DNA of 64,000 bases from the NCBI GenBank assembly GCA_051294905.1, contig CM119381.1, positions 11,222,001-11,286,000 of the forward strand, in the 5' to 3' direction. A program made the translations under genes and the position numbers. This document shows, one piece after another, positions 1 through 12,700 of this stretch (position 1 is its first letter; every line of letters begins with the position of its first letter). The notes beneath the pieces are model-generated. The model was not told where the DNA came from and searched no databases. It saw only the letters and a program-made list of their open reading frames with translations. This DNA is from Botryllus schlosseri (lineage: Eukaryota).

Positions 1-376
1 TAACATTAAGACAGTCTGTAAACTGCAGCATATAATTTCAACATCCTTCGAATGGACTCCGAATGGAAAATGTATAGGATGCTGAGAAAGATTTATTTGA
101 AAACAGGACCAGTACAGTTGAATAACTCTATAAAATGGCTAATCAAGTTGTTCATGAAGAAATCGAATTTTCGAAATCTGATGTTAAAATAACAAGGAGA
201 TATTCATATAGCTGATAGCAAGGGTACATAAAGAAAAGTCATCCTTGTTTTAATACTAGAATTGTGTAAATTGAGAATATATCATTTGTACTGGAATGTG
301 GTGTTTGAATAAGTGTTAAAATCAATACACAACACAACAGCAGGCTAATTTAGCAGTTAAATCTGGGATTGCTTAC

Positions 377-735
377 CCTCACAAGCATTCCTCTAAATAA
401 TTCTGTAAACATCCCGTCCGCACGAATCACAACTTGTTTCAAAGCTGAAACTTGCCCTGTACTGGCAGGGTCTTTTTCCACCTAAAATCGTGTACATTTC
501 AATTGCATAGCAACCCTTGTTTGAATTTTAACACCGAAATTTCAAACGCAACAGCATGGATACAAAATCCAAATATTTGTATAGAGACTAACCTCAATAG
601 TGATTTTTGGAGTGTTCTTGCAGTCTGAATCCAGCAGTAGATATCTACAAGAGGCGCTGAACTCGTATTCTCCAGCATCAAACGTTTCAAAATGTCTTCC
701 GTTAATTAATCCGCACCACTTCTCCGTTACAGAGG
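377..735 (-). CDS. Start of a von Willebrand factor type D domain (exons 593-735 and 377-481)
   Basis: Exon 593-735 gives [48 protein letters not shown], matching the vWD opening C..G..H..TFD...Y.F...C.Y.L...C. Phase-0 exon 377-481 gives [35 protein letters not shown] and is followed by a GTAAGC donor. Confidence 0.8.
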
Positions 736-3700
736 CTAATTTAGTATAAAAAATAAGGTGAAACATTGAAATCTATTTTCATTCGTGGAAAAACCATATC
801 TACCTGGAGGCTGCTTGACTTCTGGTTCTGAAAAGATTCGGGGTTCAGTTAGAAGAGATAAAAAAATATGTGAATTTGTGACATACCATCAAGTTCCTTG
901 TCGTTGATGAGTATTTTCGTCGTTTCTGGTTCTTTGATTGTAGCTTTGCTGGGAAATTGCAGTGAAACGTAAAATGTTTCGATCCCTTCCAAAACCGGCT
1001 TCTCGTTGTCGTCGAGAATATGGATGGTCACTGGAACTTCTCGTTGCTCCGCAGCAAACTCAATCAGTTTTTCAACTGGTTTAAAATCTTCATTTTCTGA
1101 AACGATACAAAACGAATGAAAAATGAAGCAACATTGTGCAACTGGAAGTTCGGAGAAGACAATTGAGTATTCCAAAACAACATATAAGATTATAAGTGGA
1201 ATATTGTGTCGCATCGGCCAATTGTATACCAAAATACACAAACTAAAATATTACAATTGACTCGAAATTGATTCAGTATCAGAATATAGTAAATATTAAA
1301 TAGAACACTAGCTTGTGCTCGAGATTACCGAACCACGATATGACTTATCTATTTTGCCTATCGACACTTGATTTTCATTGTTTGTCCATTTTATGTTATC
1401 TTCATCTACTATTAATTCAGGATGCACGATTCTCATTTACACGTTCTAGGCCAGTGGTTCTCAACCTTTTTCGACTCGTCGTCCCTTTATCAAGCTAGTC
1501 AAATATTTATCGATCCCCATATTTTCGGATCTGAGGAAGAGGACATATAAACGGAAAAATTGTACAGCTGACTCTGATCTCTGATAAATAGAGTAAAAAA
1601 AGGTCAACTTGACTCCGCGATCCCTGAAAATCCCGGCACCTGGGGATAGTTTGTGGCGAGTGCACCGTTGTTTTAGTTAACTTGCGGCAGTTCCAGACTA
1701 ACCCGTTTTTCATGTGTATTTTGTGCCAGTATGCGGTTGCTGGATGATTAAATATATTCGACTGAACATTCAAACATGTTCACCCCCTTCGTACGTTTTC
1801 GCCCCCGTTTCTCAAAATCGATCACCTTGGGAATCACTATTCCTGGCCAAGGTGGGTGTTTGATTGAAAGACTACTCTATGTAGCTTTCACTCATTCCTA
1901 GCTTTTTATTTTATCATAATCTTGTCATGTAGTCATATGATGTTATTAATAAACTGAACTGAACTGCAGCTTCAATACAAATGATTAGAAATTTTCAGTG
2001 ATATACAAAACGTTATACATTGAAAAGACGAATTGATACCGACCAGTTGCACTTGTCGGCTCCTCAAGAGTGTGCGTTTTCACTGTGACGAAAGAAGGTT
2101 CTGATAGATCCCCGGCACGCAGCACTTTGACAGTCACGAATCCGACGTCCTCCGACACTTCAAAGATTAGCCGGTCCAAATATACCTCGGGCACTGCAAT
2201 GAAATATACAAAGCGTCTATTGAAATCAGGATATCATATGGTTTTCTGGAGATGGTCCTTGCAGGCACTAAAACAGTGGATAGAATGCTGTTTGAGTTAG
2301 CTAGCTTTTAAATTAGTTGAAGACGATGCATCTCAGACTTTTTTATTCAAGCATGATAATATGCAATAATTTGTCTAGGAAACGTGAGGTATATTGAATT
2401 GAAAAGAGAGTACTAAACCTACATTGCAGGTCTTCATCAATGATCACGTTTGCTTCTGTCATGTCTCCAAGCATAGCTCCTTCTGGGGAACTCAAAAACA
2501 CGTTGAACGCCTCTGTATCTTCTGTCACCTCGTCGTCAATGATTTTAATGAAGCATTCGGCCAATGTTTGTCCTACAATACCGAAATATTACATGAGGGT
2601 GCATACTGCATATATTCTTCATTAAAATTGAAATTTATTTTACAACAACTGAAAGGACCCAGTAACCTGAACAGAACAAGAATCAACCTTGATTATGTCT
2701 CAAGTATTAGGATTAGTATCTTTGGATAAAAAATAATCTTCATTAATAGCATCAAATGGTGTTTGACACAAAGGCTGATTGTCGCTATTGATTCTAGATT
2801 CATAGTTACATCAGAAAAAAAGCCATGCATGAATGCAATCAATATTATCGGTTGAAAAATGTTGTTATAGCCGCGACAACAATGAAGATGACTATATACA
2901 TATGGCTCAAAATATATTTATGTACTTACGATGTAGATCTACGGTACATCAATCAACGACTGCACATTTTCAATTTAATACAATAATATATAAATATGTA
3001 CAATACTAAATAAATGACAGTGTAACCCGTTACCTGGCTTAAATTCGATTTCAGAGGAAGTGTCTTCAGTTCGTGGCATGTAATCCTCATCAGAAGAAGC
3101 CGTTTCATCGCCAGTATAGCAAATCACAGTAGAATTCTTAGCGATATCTCCACTTCTTTGTACGGGAATAATTAATTTTCCTGACGATTCCTTGACCACA
3201 TGATCAGGCTCAGTAAATTGAATAAAAGCAATTGATGAACCTAGGAAACACAATAGACGGTGGTGGAATTGCGTGACCGATATGAAATCCACAAAAACGT
3301 ACCAGGATGTAGTCCGTCGTCTGGTTGGCCTGGCAAAATATTAAATGAAATATATGATTATCAAGTGTTTGAAACAAAGCCCCCAACAGTTTGATTTACA
3401 TCATAAGCAATGCTTAGATTACCGTGACATTACAATAGACTAGTTTTATGTCACGCACATGGCCATATATGTATGCAAATTTTGGGGCATATAATACCGA
3501 CATGAACATCCATCACTTATAATCTTATAGAATTCCAATTACAGGTGCTCATCATGATATCAACAAACTGAGCTATAATCACATTATGTCACATCATAAG
3601 TTTTGTAAGTTTGAATAATTCCTTTCGTTAGTAGACCAGACTCAAATAAATAGTACTGTAAATTGTATCACTATTGTTGTAAATGCTAATATACGTGCTC

Positions 3701-6700
3701 ATTGCACAATCACCTTCTTTGTCAGTAATAACAATCTTCAGAATTTCAGGATTTTTGATATCAGCGCCGGAGGGATCTTTCAAAGTGAGATAGAATGTTT
3801 CGTTTCCTTCATCAGAAATCTTATCATTGACAATCTGTATCTGTACAGGCGCCTCTGTCTGTCCCGCTTTGAATTCAACAGTCTCACGCACTGGTGTGTA
3901 GTCGTCTTTCTCTGATAAATGATTTATGATTAAAAATCGGCATATATATGTGGTGCAGGAATGTCTGCTAGTAGAAATAGTCACATTTATTGAAAAGTAC
4001 ACCAGTTATTCGAATGAATTTTGATTGAATAGACAGTTGGTATGATTTAATAACGTTTATACTGATTTGAAAATTATATTACCGACAAGATACTTGTAAT
4101 TTAGAACGTGTAGAAACGCGGAGAAAGCTCTGTGTTATAATGTCAAGTTTGAATATTTTATTTTCATTTCTATTTATTTCACAAACATTACCAATCATAT
4201 AATTAATTCAGTCTGATCTGCTGGAAACATGTTTTGAAAGCACATAGTACAATTTAAAATTTTTTGAACCTGTTGCGGACTGCGGCTCTTCTTTTGTCAA
4301 GGACTGTACCAGGACAGTGGAAGGCTTGGAGATTTCACCTTCTCTTTTAACCGTAATCTCGAAGGATTTTATCGCCTCTGGCACGGTGAATTCGGTATTT
4401 TTGAACGATACAGAGGGTGCTGAAAAAAAATTTAAATATTTCGCAAACAAAGCAACAAATCTCTCAAACAAGTGAATACTAGTGATACGATATGGTATGA
4501 TCAAAGGTCGTCAGTATCAAAGTAACAAAGTACTTTTATGGAGTGGACTTTTAGTTAACAGATTTCAGTTTCATAGGCAATACTTACTTTGTATCTTACT
4601 TGGAAATTTGTAACTTAAGTATAAATTCACAACATTACTTCTACTTCTTGCCAACGATGATGACTTTGACTACAGTAGGGTATGATATGATATAACTATC
4701 AATTATGAATGAAGCAACATACTGTCCGAATCGTCCATAATCCTGATGAGGAGACTTTTCGGCTCTGCTATCGCGACTTTGTCGGGTGTTTGCAACAGCA
4801 AATCAAATGTCTCATTTCCTTCAAACACAGGATTATCCTTATCGTCGAGAATCGCTACTTTGATAGTTGCTCTGTCTTGTCCAGGAGAAAAATTGACAGT
4901 TTCCGCAACTTTCGTATAATCTTCTGCTTCTGTTAAAATGATGCAATGCGAATATTTGTCATGTGGGCAAGATTGCTGATTCTTACCTGTTGCCGAATTT
5001 TGCTTTGATACCACAGTGACGCTTCCGTCCATAGACAAGTCCCCTTGCCGTAACACGACAACATCAACTGAAGGAATGTTTTCTGAGACGGTGATCTCGG
5101 TGTTTTTGAATGAAACTGTCGGTGCTGGAAAATCAAACAAAAATACAATATCAAGCCCCATCAACATGAATGCAATACAAAAGCGAAGCTGCATAGTGAC
5201 CGTAAGGGGTACAAATCCTTTCCAATAAGAAAATCAGTGAAATACCCATAACAGCAAAAGTAATGAAGCAATATTTCTGAAATTCCGACTTAGGGCGCTT
5301 TGGTAGATATCTTAAGATTGGTGAAAATTTTGTGGACGAGGTTCGACAATTTTTGGCAAAAAGTTTCACGGCGAAATTCATCAGTGAATGGATTCAAGTC
5401 ATCCTAAAGAATGACAAGTTTTTTTTTATCCCAACAGGGGGTATTATGTGAAAAAAATTTTGCTTCAAGAAATTGGGATAATTGACTTCGATGAACTTGT
5501 ACACATGAAAAAACCTTTTATGATGGTCCGCTTTACAAGTTATGTCAAACTCAACTGTGTTTCATACACTCTTTGACATTAATTTTTCCGAAATGTTAGG
5601 GTCTTTGTTCTGTAGATATGCCGGTTTCATTTTGCTTGTCGTTGGCATGATAAGAGACTCTCTTTCTTGATCAACTAGTTCAGCCAGTAAACTTACTAGC
5701 GGCGGCTTCTTTTTCGATAATCGTGACCTTTAATGTGTCAGGCTGCTTCAGATTAGAATCTTTGGGATTTTGCAGGACAAGGTAAAAGATTTCATTTTCT
5801 TTCTCCATGACACCGTCATCAACAATTTCAATTGGAATAGATGTCTCGTTTTGTCCAGGTTTGAATTCGATTGTTTTGTCAACAGGAGCGTAATCTTTGG
5901 ATTCTGAAAATTCACAAACAGATATTACCTGCCGCTGCATTTATTTGTAGGAATTGCCCAGCAAATACTCAGTCTTACTGCACACTGCACAGTTTACAAT
6001 GCGTAAGACAACAAGGTGTGTGCAACCAAGACAGGCCCAGCTTATTAATGTTAGATTTCAGACAAAATACAGCAATATATACAGCAAACAATGCATTCTA
6101 TCATTCTGTAGTAGTGAATATATTCAAAGTATTATGCTATTATATAACACCTTACATCACCCTTTCACTTTTACTCAAAAGAAAACATGAAATATATGGA
6201 ATTGAAAATGCTTTTAAAAAGCACCTGTAGCGGAATTTTCCTCTCCTTTGCTCAACGATACCACTGTTACTGATGAAGACCCGGATAGGTCGCCCTTTCT
6301 CACAACTTCCACGTCAAAAGTTCCAATCACTTCCGGTACTGTGAACTTGGTGTTTTTGAAGGATATCCATGGCTCTACAAAAAGGTATTCAAGATGTAAA
6401 TTTCAGTCATTTCAGTCATCGCTAGAGAGAGAGAGAGAGAGAGTCTTCATTTTGATTGAAGCGAAAACAGAGCAAACAAATGGCAGCAATAATGATTGAG
6501 AAAATACATACGCACAGTATTCAGTATTGGGTGGGGATGATAAATATGACCTTGGAAGCCAACTAATCTGATCAAACAGGTAGATTGTTTCTACACAATC
6601 TGGCTGTAATTAGTGTTGGTAGAATAAAGAAAACTGAAGAAAATAAAAGATAGTAGCAAATCAATGAAGCAATCTCTGGGCTAGGTAGGGCAACATTGTT

Positions 6701-9700
6701 GATATGACGAAAAGAGGTAATCAGGTAGGTCATTTTTAAATCGATTATCGATATTTTGTAGTAATGCATTCCAGATGATAGGTCCTGAGTATTGTCATAT
6801 CTCTCTCCGTCAGATTTTCTCTAGAAATAATAGTTGCAGAAAGTAAAGAAGTTATACCGTCCAAACTATCAGTAATTGTGATTGGAAGCTTCTTGGGATC
6901 CGATATAACCAGTTTCTCTGGTGCTTCCAGCACTAAATGGAACGTTTCATTTCCTTCCAAAACTGGATTTATTTCATCGTCGAGAATAGTGATGGTTATA
7001 GTTGCGGTGTCGTCGCCTGGTTGGAAACTAATTGTTTCTTCTAGGTCTTCAAAGTCTTCTGATTCTGTGATTGGATGATGAGGATATAGCGCTTCTGTTG
7101 TATGCCATGTAATGAGTCTTACCTTTGGCTGAATCTGGTTTTGAGACCACCTTTACTTTACCAGGCATCCCCAAGTCTCCTTGTCGTACTACTGTTATAT
7201 TGACTTCACCGATGTTTTCGGATACTGTCATTTTAGAGTGCTTGAAAGCAACGGTTGGTGCTGATGAGATACAGAGACAAAAGATGTAGGGAATGACAAT
7301 TTTTTCAGAACAAAGTCATATAGTTACTGGTTGGTTCTTTCTCCGTTATCGTAATATTCAGTATCTCGGGATCTACTACAAAGGCGTCTTCGGGATCTTT
7401 CAAAACGAGACGGAAAATCTCATCTCCTTCTCCAGCTACATTGTCAACGACTATTTGAATTGGAACTGGAATTTCTTCTTGCCCAGCATCAAACGTTACA
7501 ACTTCATCAACTCGGAGGTAGTCCGAAGAATCTATATTATGACAAGATGCAGTGCATTATTAGTATTTTTATTAGTGCTTTTCCTACAAAATGGAGAAAA
7601 TTCAGCATTGGTGATGAGATTCGGTGAAAAAGAAGACGGAAAAATATAAAAGATTCAAACATGAACAGAATCGAACGCATATCCAGTAATAATAATTCAC
7701 CTGTGGCAGAATTAGGCTCTCCTGTGCTGTTAGATACCACTTTCACTGTAGATGAACCAGAGAGGTCTCCTTCTCTGCGTACTTTTACTTCGAACAAGCC
7801 AATACTTTCAGGAACGCTCAACTTTGTGTTTTTGAATGATACCGCGGGCTCTGAATTGGTGCAAATATTAAGCTGGCTGAAGGGGTCGCAAATTTTGAAT
7901 AAAAGCAGAAATAAGATAACCCCTCTGTGTAATGTATTTATGCATGTAACATTTATGCAATATGATTGAAGAGACTCGTGGAGGTACAGCACGCAATCGC
8001 AAAATATATTCATATTGAAATAGATCCAGATATTTTCGGCTGACACTTGTCAGGTGTAGGGCTGGGCACAATGATTCCAGTACTCGAATCTGAATCGAGT
8101 ATTAATTTCAATGATTCGAGTCGAGTACTAAAAGACCAGTTTTTCGAGTACTGAAATTATACGCTTATCGCCACTGAAAGTTAATTTATCAACGAGAATT
8201 ATAGTTTCCATGCTAATTTTCACTGTTGCAGCCTTGAAGCCTTGATTGGCGATATCGTAGTATACGAAAAATGTAATACAAAGCTATGAATGTTGCTGGA
8301 CGTAGCGCATTTCTGAAGTCATGATTATTGCACAACATTGTCACAAAGTGGAATGAAATCAGTATGGTCGAAAAAATACCGAAGCATCATTTATGAGATG
8401 GGTATCAGACATTATATTCTTTGTGGTGGCCTAAACGGTACATATTTGAACTTCAGATGCATTACATTATGTTATGACGTCATAATGGGTGATACTCGAT
8501 TACTCGACTTGACGCATATTCCGTGATTCAGAATCGAATCACTCAGGTACTCGATTTTGCCCAGCCCTAGTCAGGTGTAATATGGCGACACCCGCATAAA
8601 AATGTGGATTTTTATGCCTGGATTATTTGAATTTTTGTGCTTGTGATGACATAATCGGTAGTAAGACCGTTGATGTGCAATATTCTTCTGAATTCTCTAC
8701 TAGTTGCTGACTACCCGATGAGTTTCAGCAAAAAATATTTGGGTTCATGATAATAATCAATTGCATATTGCATAATTGATTCCTTGACTGATATCGTAAT
8801 TGAATCATACCGTCTGTTTCGTCAGTGATTCTGATCAAAATTCTTTCTGGATTGGATATCACAACTTGGTCGGGTTTCTCTAGTACAAGATGAAAGGTTT
8901 CATTTCCTTCTCTAATCGGTTTCGCTGTGTCGTCTAAAATTGTCACGGTCACAATGGCTGCATCTTGTCCAGGCTTGAATTTGATAGCTTCTACAAGCTT
9001 CTCGTAATCTTCGGCCTCTGTTGTTGATAACGATGAGAGTGGTATCATTGCTTTCATTCCTGACACGACATAAGCTGTACCTTTAGCAGAACTAGGTTCT
9101 GAAGTGACGGTGATTTTCCCGGGCACGGATACATCTCCTCTTCTAACCAATGGAACTTGGATTGTGTTGATGTTTTCAGATACAGTGATTTCATTGTACT
9201 TGAATGAGACAAATGAACCTTGGAGGCAAAAGTAATGAGTTGACATAAGGCTGTTTGCATGTAATTCAAATAAAATCATCAGTTAAAAAAGCGGTTCAAA
9301 GCAGCAATGTTAGGGTGTCAATTTTCCATATAAAGCAGATTTGAACTAGGACTTTAGTTTAAATAGGAGCTCAATCCACAACTACATGTTTTCAAGTCAA
9401 ATCAGAGAGTCTGTTTGTTTAACCCATCGAAATTTACAGAGCTTGTATTAGGACGCAAAGAGGCCAAAAAAGTTACATCTGCTAAAGGAAAAAAATGGGA
9501 AAATTTTATTGTGCTTCAATATTTTTCAGATTATATCAACATGTTATCTTTATCATAATATTATTATAACATCGATACAAAAATAAAGGAATGTTATGTA
9601 ACTTAACATTACATGCAAAAATTTACACACTTCTGATTTACTATGATTTAAAGTTGAACAAAATAACAAATGTTTGTAAGTCAAACAACGAATACGAAAA

Positions 9701-12700
9701 CACTGCATTGAGACGCAGAATTGCGATTACCGGTGTCTGTAACCGTCTTTTTATCATCTTTATCATCAATGATAATCTTGGCCTTCTCCGGCATAGTGAT
9801 AAGAGCCTTTGTTGGATCTTGCAGAAGCAAATCGAATGCTTCTGAGTTTTCAAAAACCGGATTGATTTCATCATTCAGAATTTCGATTTGGACAGGCTGT
9901 GTGGTTTCACCAGCTTTGAACTCAACAGTCACCTGGACTCTATTGAAATCCTCCATTTCTGCAGTTCGAAGAGATTATATATTACATATCACCATCAAAC
10001 CTATGACATTGTTAAATTACCTGTAGCGGCATACGGATCAGTTCTAATTTGTGATACGACTTTAACGGTTGATGGTTGTGATGTGTCACCGTCACGCAAG
10101 ACGTTTACCAGCAATGTTCCATAATTTTCAGACACTTTATACTCCATGTATTCGAATTTGATTCCTTTAAAAGATATCCCAATTATTTGCATTGAATGAC
10201 GAAAGAATTACAAATTTACTACCCGGCAGAACTGACGACACATAATCAGATGATTCTTTTGCGGTATCTGAAAAAAAAAACTCTTGCAATATTGGAAATG
10301 GTACGATTTGAAAGTAGTGGACAAAAACATCAAGAAATCCACCCAATATTTTGATGTGAATTACAAAAGTAATGTTGAGATATTGCCAATACGTCCCGAA
10401 AATCAGAGAAATTGATTAGAACTATCGCAGTGTAAAAACTTCAATGAAAAAAAGTTTTTGAATATATTGGACATATTATACATAAGAAAACGATTATGAG
10501 GATTACGCAAGATTACCATCATCTTTTGCATCGTTAATGACAACTTTTGTCTCTTCAGGCATAGCAATACGAGCATTATCCGGACTGTCGAATATTAAGT
10601 TGAATGATTCTTTGCCTTCTTTGACAGGGTCCTCCGGATCGTCCATGATGGTTATTGTAAGAAAGACTTCCTCTTGTCCAATAGAAAATTGGATGGAGTT
10701 GTCGACTTTTAGAAAGTCAATGGCTTCTGCACGAAAGGAAGACAGTAATTAAAGAAAAAGTACAGATATTTCAGACAAATTTGTTCAAACCAGTAGCTTT
10801 CTTGGGATTATCTGACGGCACGGACAAAATTTTGACAGCAGATGGCATATCCAAAGACCCCTGACGAAGAACAGGAACTTGCAAAGTACCAATATTTTCA
10901 GGAACATCATACAATGTATGCTTGAAAGATATAGTTGGAGCTGTTTAATAAAAACATATGTTATAATCGAGATTGTGATATGAAATGAAAGATGAACGAA
11001 CTGTTTGAAACGTCTGGTTTCAGAGAATCCTTGATAACGATCTTTGCCTTTTCGGGCATTGTTACAGTGGCTTTGTCGGGATCGTACAAGACCAAATCAA
11101 AGCTTTCGGGCTCTTCTGTTAAGCTATCGTCTGTGACTTTAACTACAATAGGCTGTGTGGTCTCTCCTGGTTGGAATTCGACCGTCTCATCAACTTCTTC
11201 GAAATCTTGACCCTCTGCAAAATTGACCGAATGAAGTCAAATATTCCTACCACAAAACTCAATGCCTCTCAAACCTTTGGCTGCATTAGGTTCGTGCCTC
11301 GGTTGCGATTTGACCTTCACCGTTGCAGGCTTAGATGAATCACCTTCCCGAACGACAGTTACAACCAACTGACCAGTTTCTTCAGTGACGTCGTATTCAG
11401 GCGAGCTAAACTTTACTTCTAAAAATCATCACAGTACATCAGCAGTTGTGAAAAACTAACGAAATCTAAATGCTTACTAGGCATGTTGTCCTCAACATAG
11501 TCGTTGGATGGTGTGGCTTTAGCTAAAAGTAGAACACGCACAGTTATGGAGATTCAAGGACGAAATAACGAAAAAAGAGATGGGAATAAGGAAAATTGAA
11601 CAACTAATTACCGTCTTCTTTTTCGTCATCGATGATTATCTTTGTCTCTTCGTATGGTATTACTACCGCATTTGTAGGTTCTTTGAATACCAAATTGAAC
11701 GATTCTGGACCTTCTTTGATAGGATTCGAATCGTCGTTGACAATTGTAACAGTAAGAGGATATTTGTCTTGTCCTGCGGAAAACTCAATGACCTCATCGA
11801 CTTTAACATAGTCACTCGTCTCTGTGAGTATAACAACACTGGTTGTGGAAAAATGTGCATAAAGTGATTCAGTTTTCAGACCTGTAGCTTCTTTGGGATT
11901 TTCAGAAGGCATCGACTGGATTCGTACGCTAGTAGGCTTTGTCAAAGAACCTTTACGTAAGATGATCACATCGAAGGTACCAACATCTTCCAAGACCTGA
12001 TATGTTTCTTCAGCGAATGAAATTGTCGGCGCTTGAATGAAAAGCATATCCAATTAGCGAGAGAACAATAAAGAGAGATTCTGTACAACGTACTGTCAGA
12101 CACATCAGGCGTCGCGGAATCCGTGATAACAATCTTTGCCTTTTCGGGCATTGTTACAGTGGCTTTGTCTGGATCGTACAAGACCAAATCAAAGCTTTCG
12201 GGCTCTTCTGTTAAACTATCGTCTGTGACTTTAACTACAATAGGCTGTGTGGTCTCTCCTGGTTGGAATTCGACTGTCTCATCAACTTCTTCGAAATCTT
12301 GACCCTCTGCAAAATTGACCGAATGAAGTCAAATATTACTACCACTAAAGTCAATGCCTCTCAAACCTTTGGCTGCATTAGGTTCGTGCCTTGGTTGCGA
12401 TTTGACCTTCACCGTTGCAGGCTTAGATGAATCACCTTCCCGAACGACAGTTACAACCAACTGACCAGTTTCTTCAGTGACGTCGTATTCAGGCGAGCTA
12501 AACTTTACTTCTAAAAATCATCACAGTACATCAGCAGTTGTGAAAAACTAACGAAATCTAAATGCTTACTAGGCATGTTGTCCTCAACATAGTCGTTGGA
12601 TGGTGTGGCTTTAGCTAAAAGTAGAACACGCACAGTTATGGAGATTCAAGGACGAAATAACGAAAAAAGAGATGGGAATAAGGAAAATTGAACAACTAAT

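Noticed and set aside
1-376. Further vWD exons
   Set aside because: The candidate acceptors I tried led to early stops or to peptides without vWD character; the next exon is probably outside the window.
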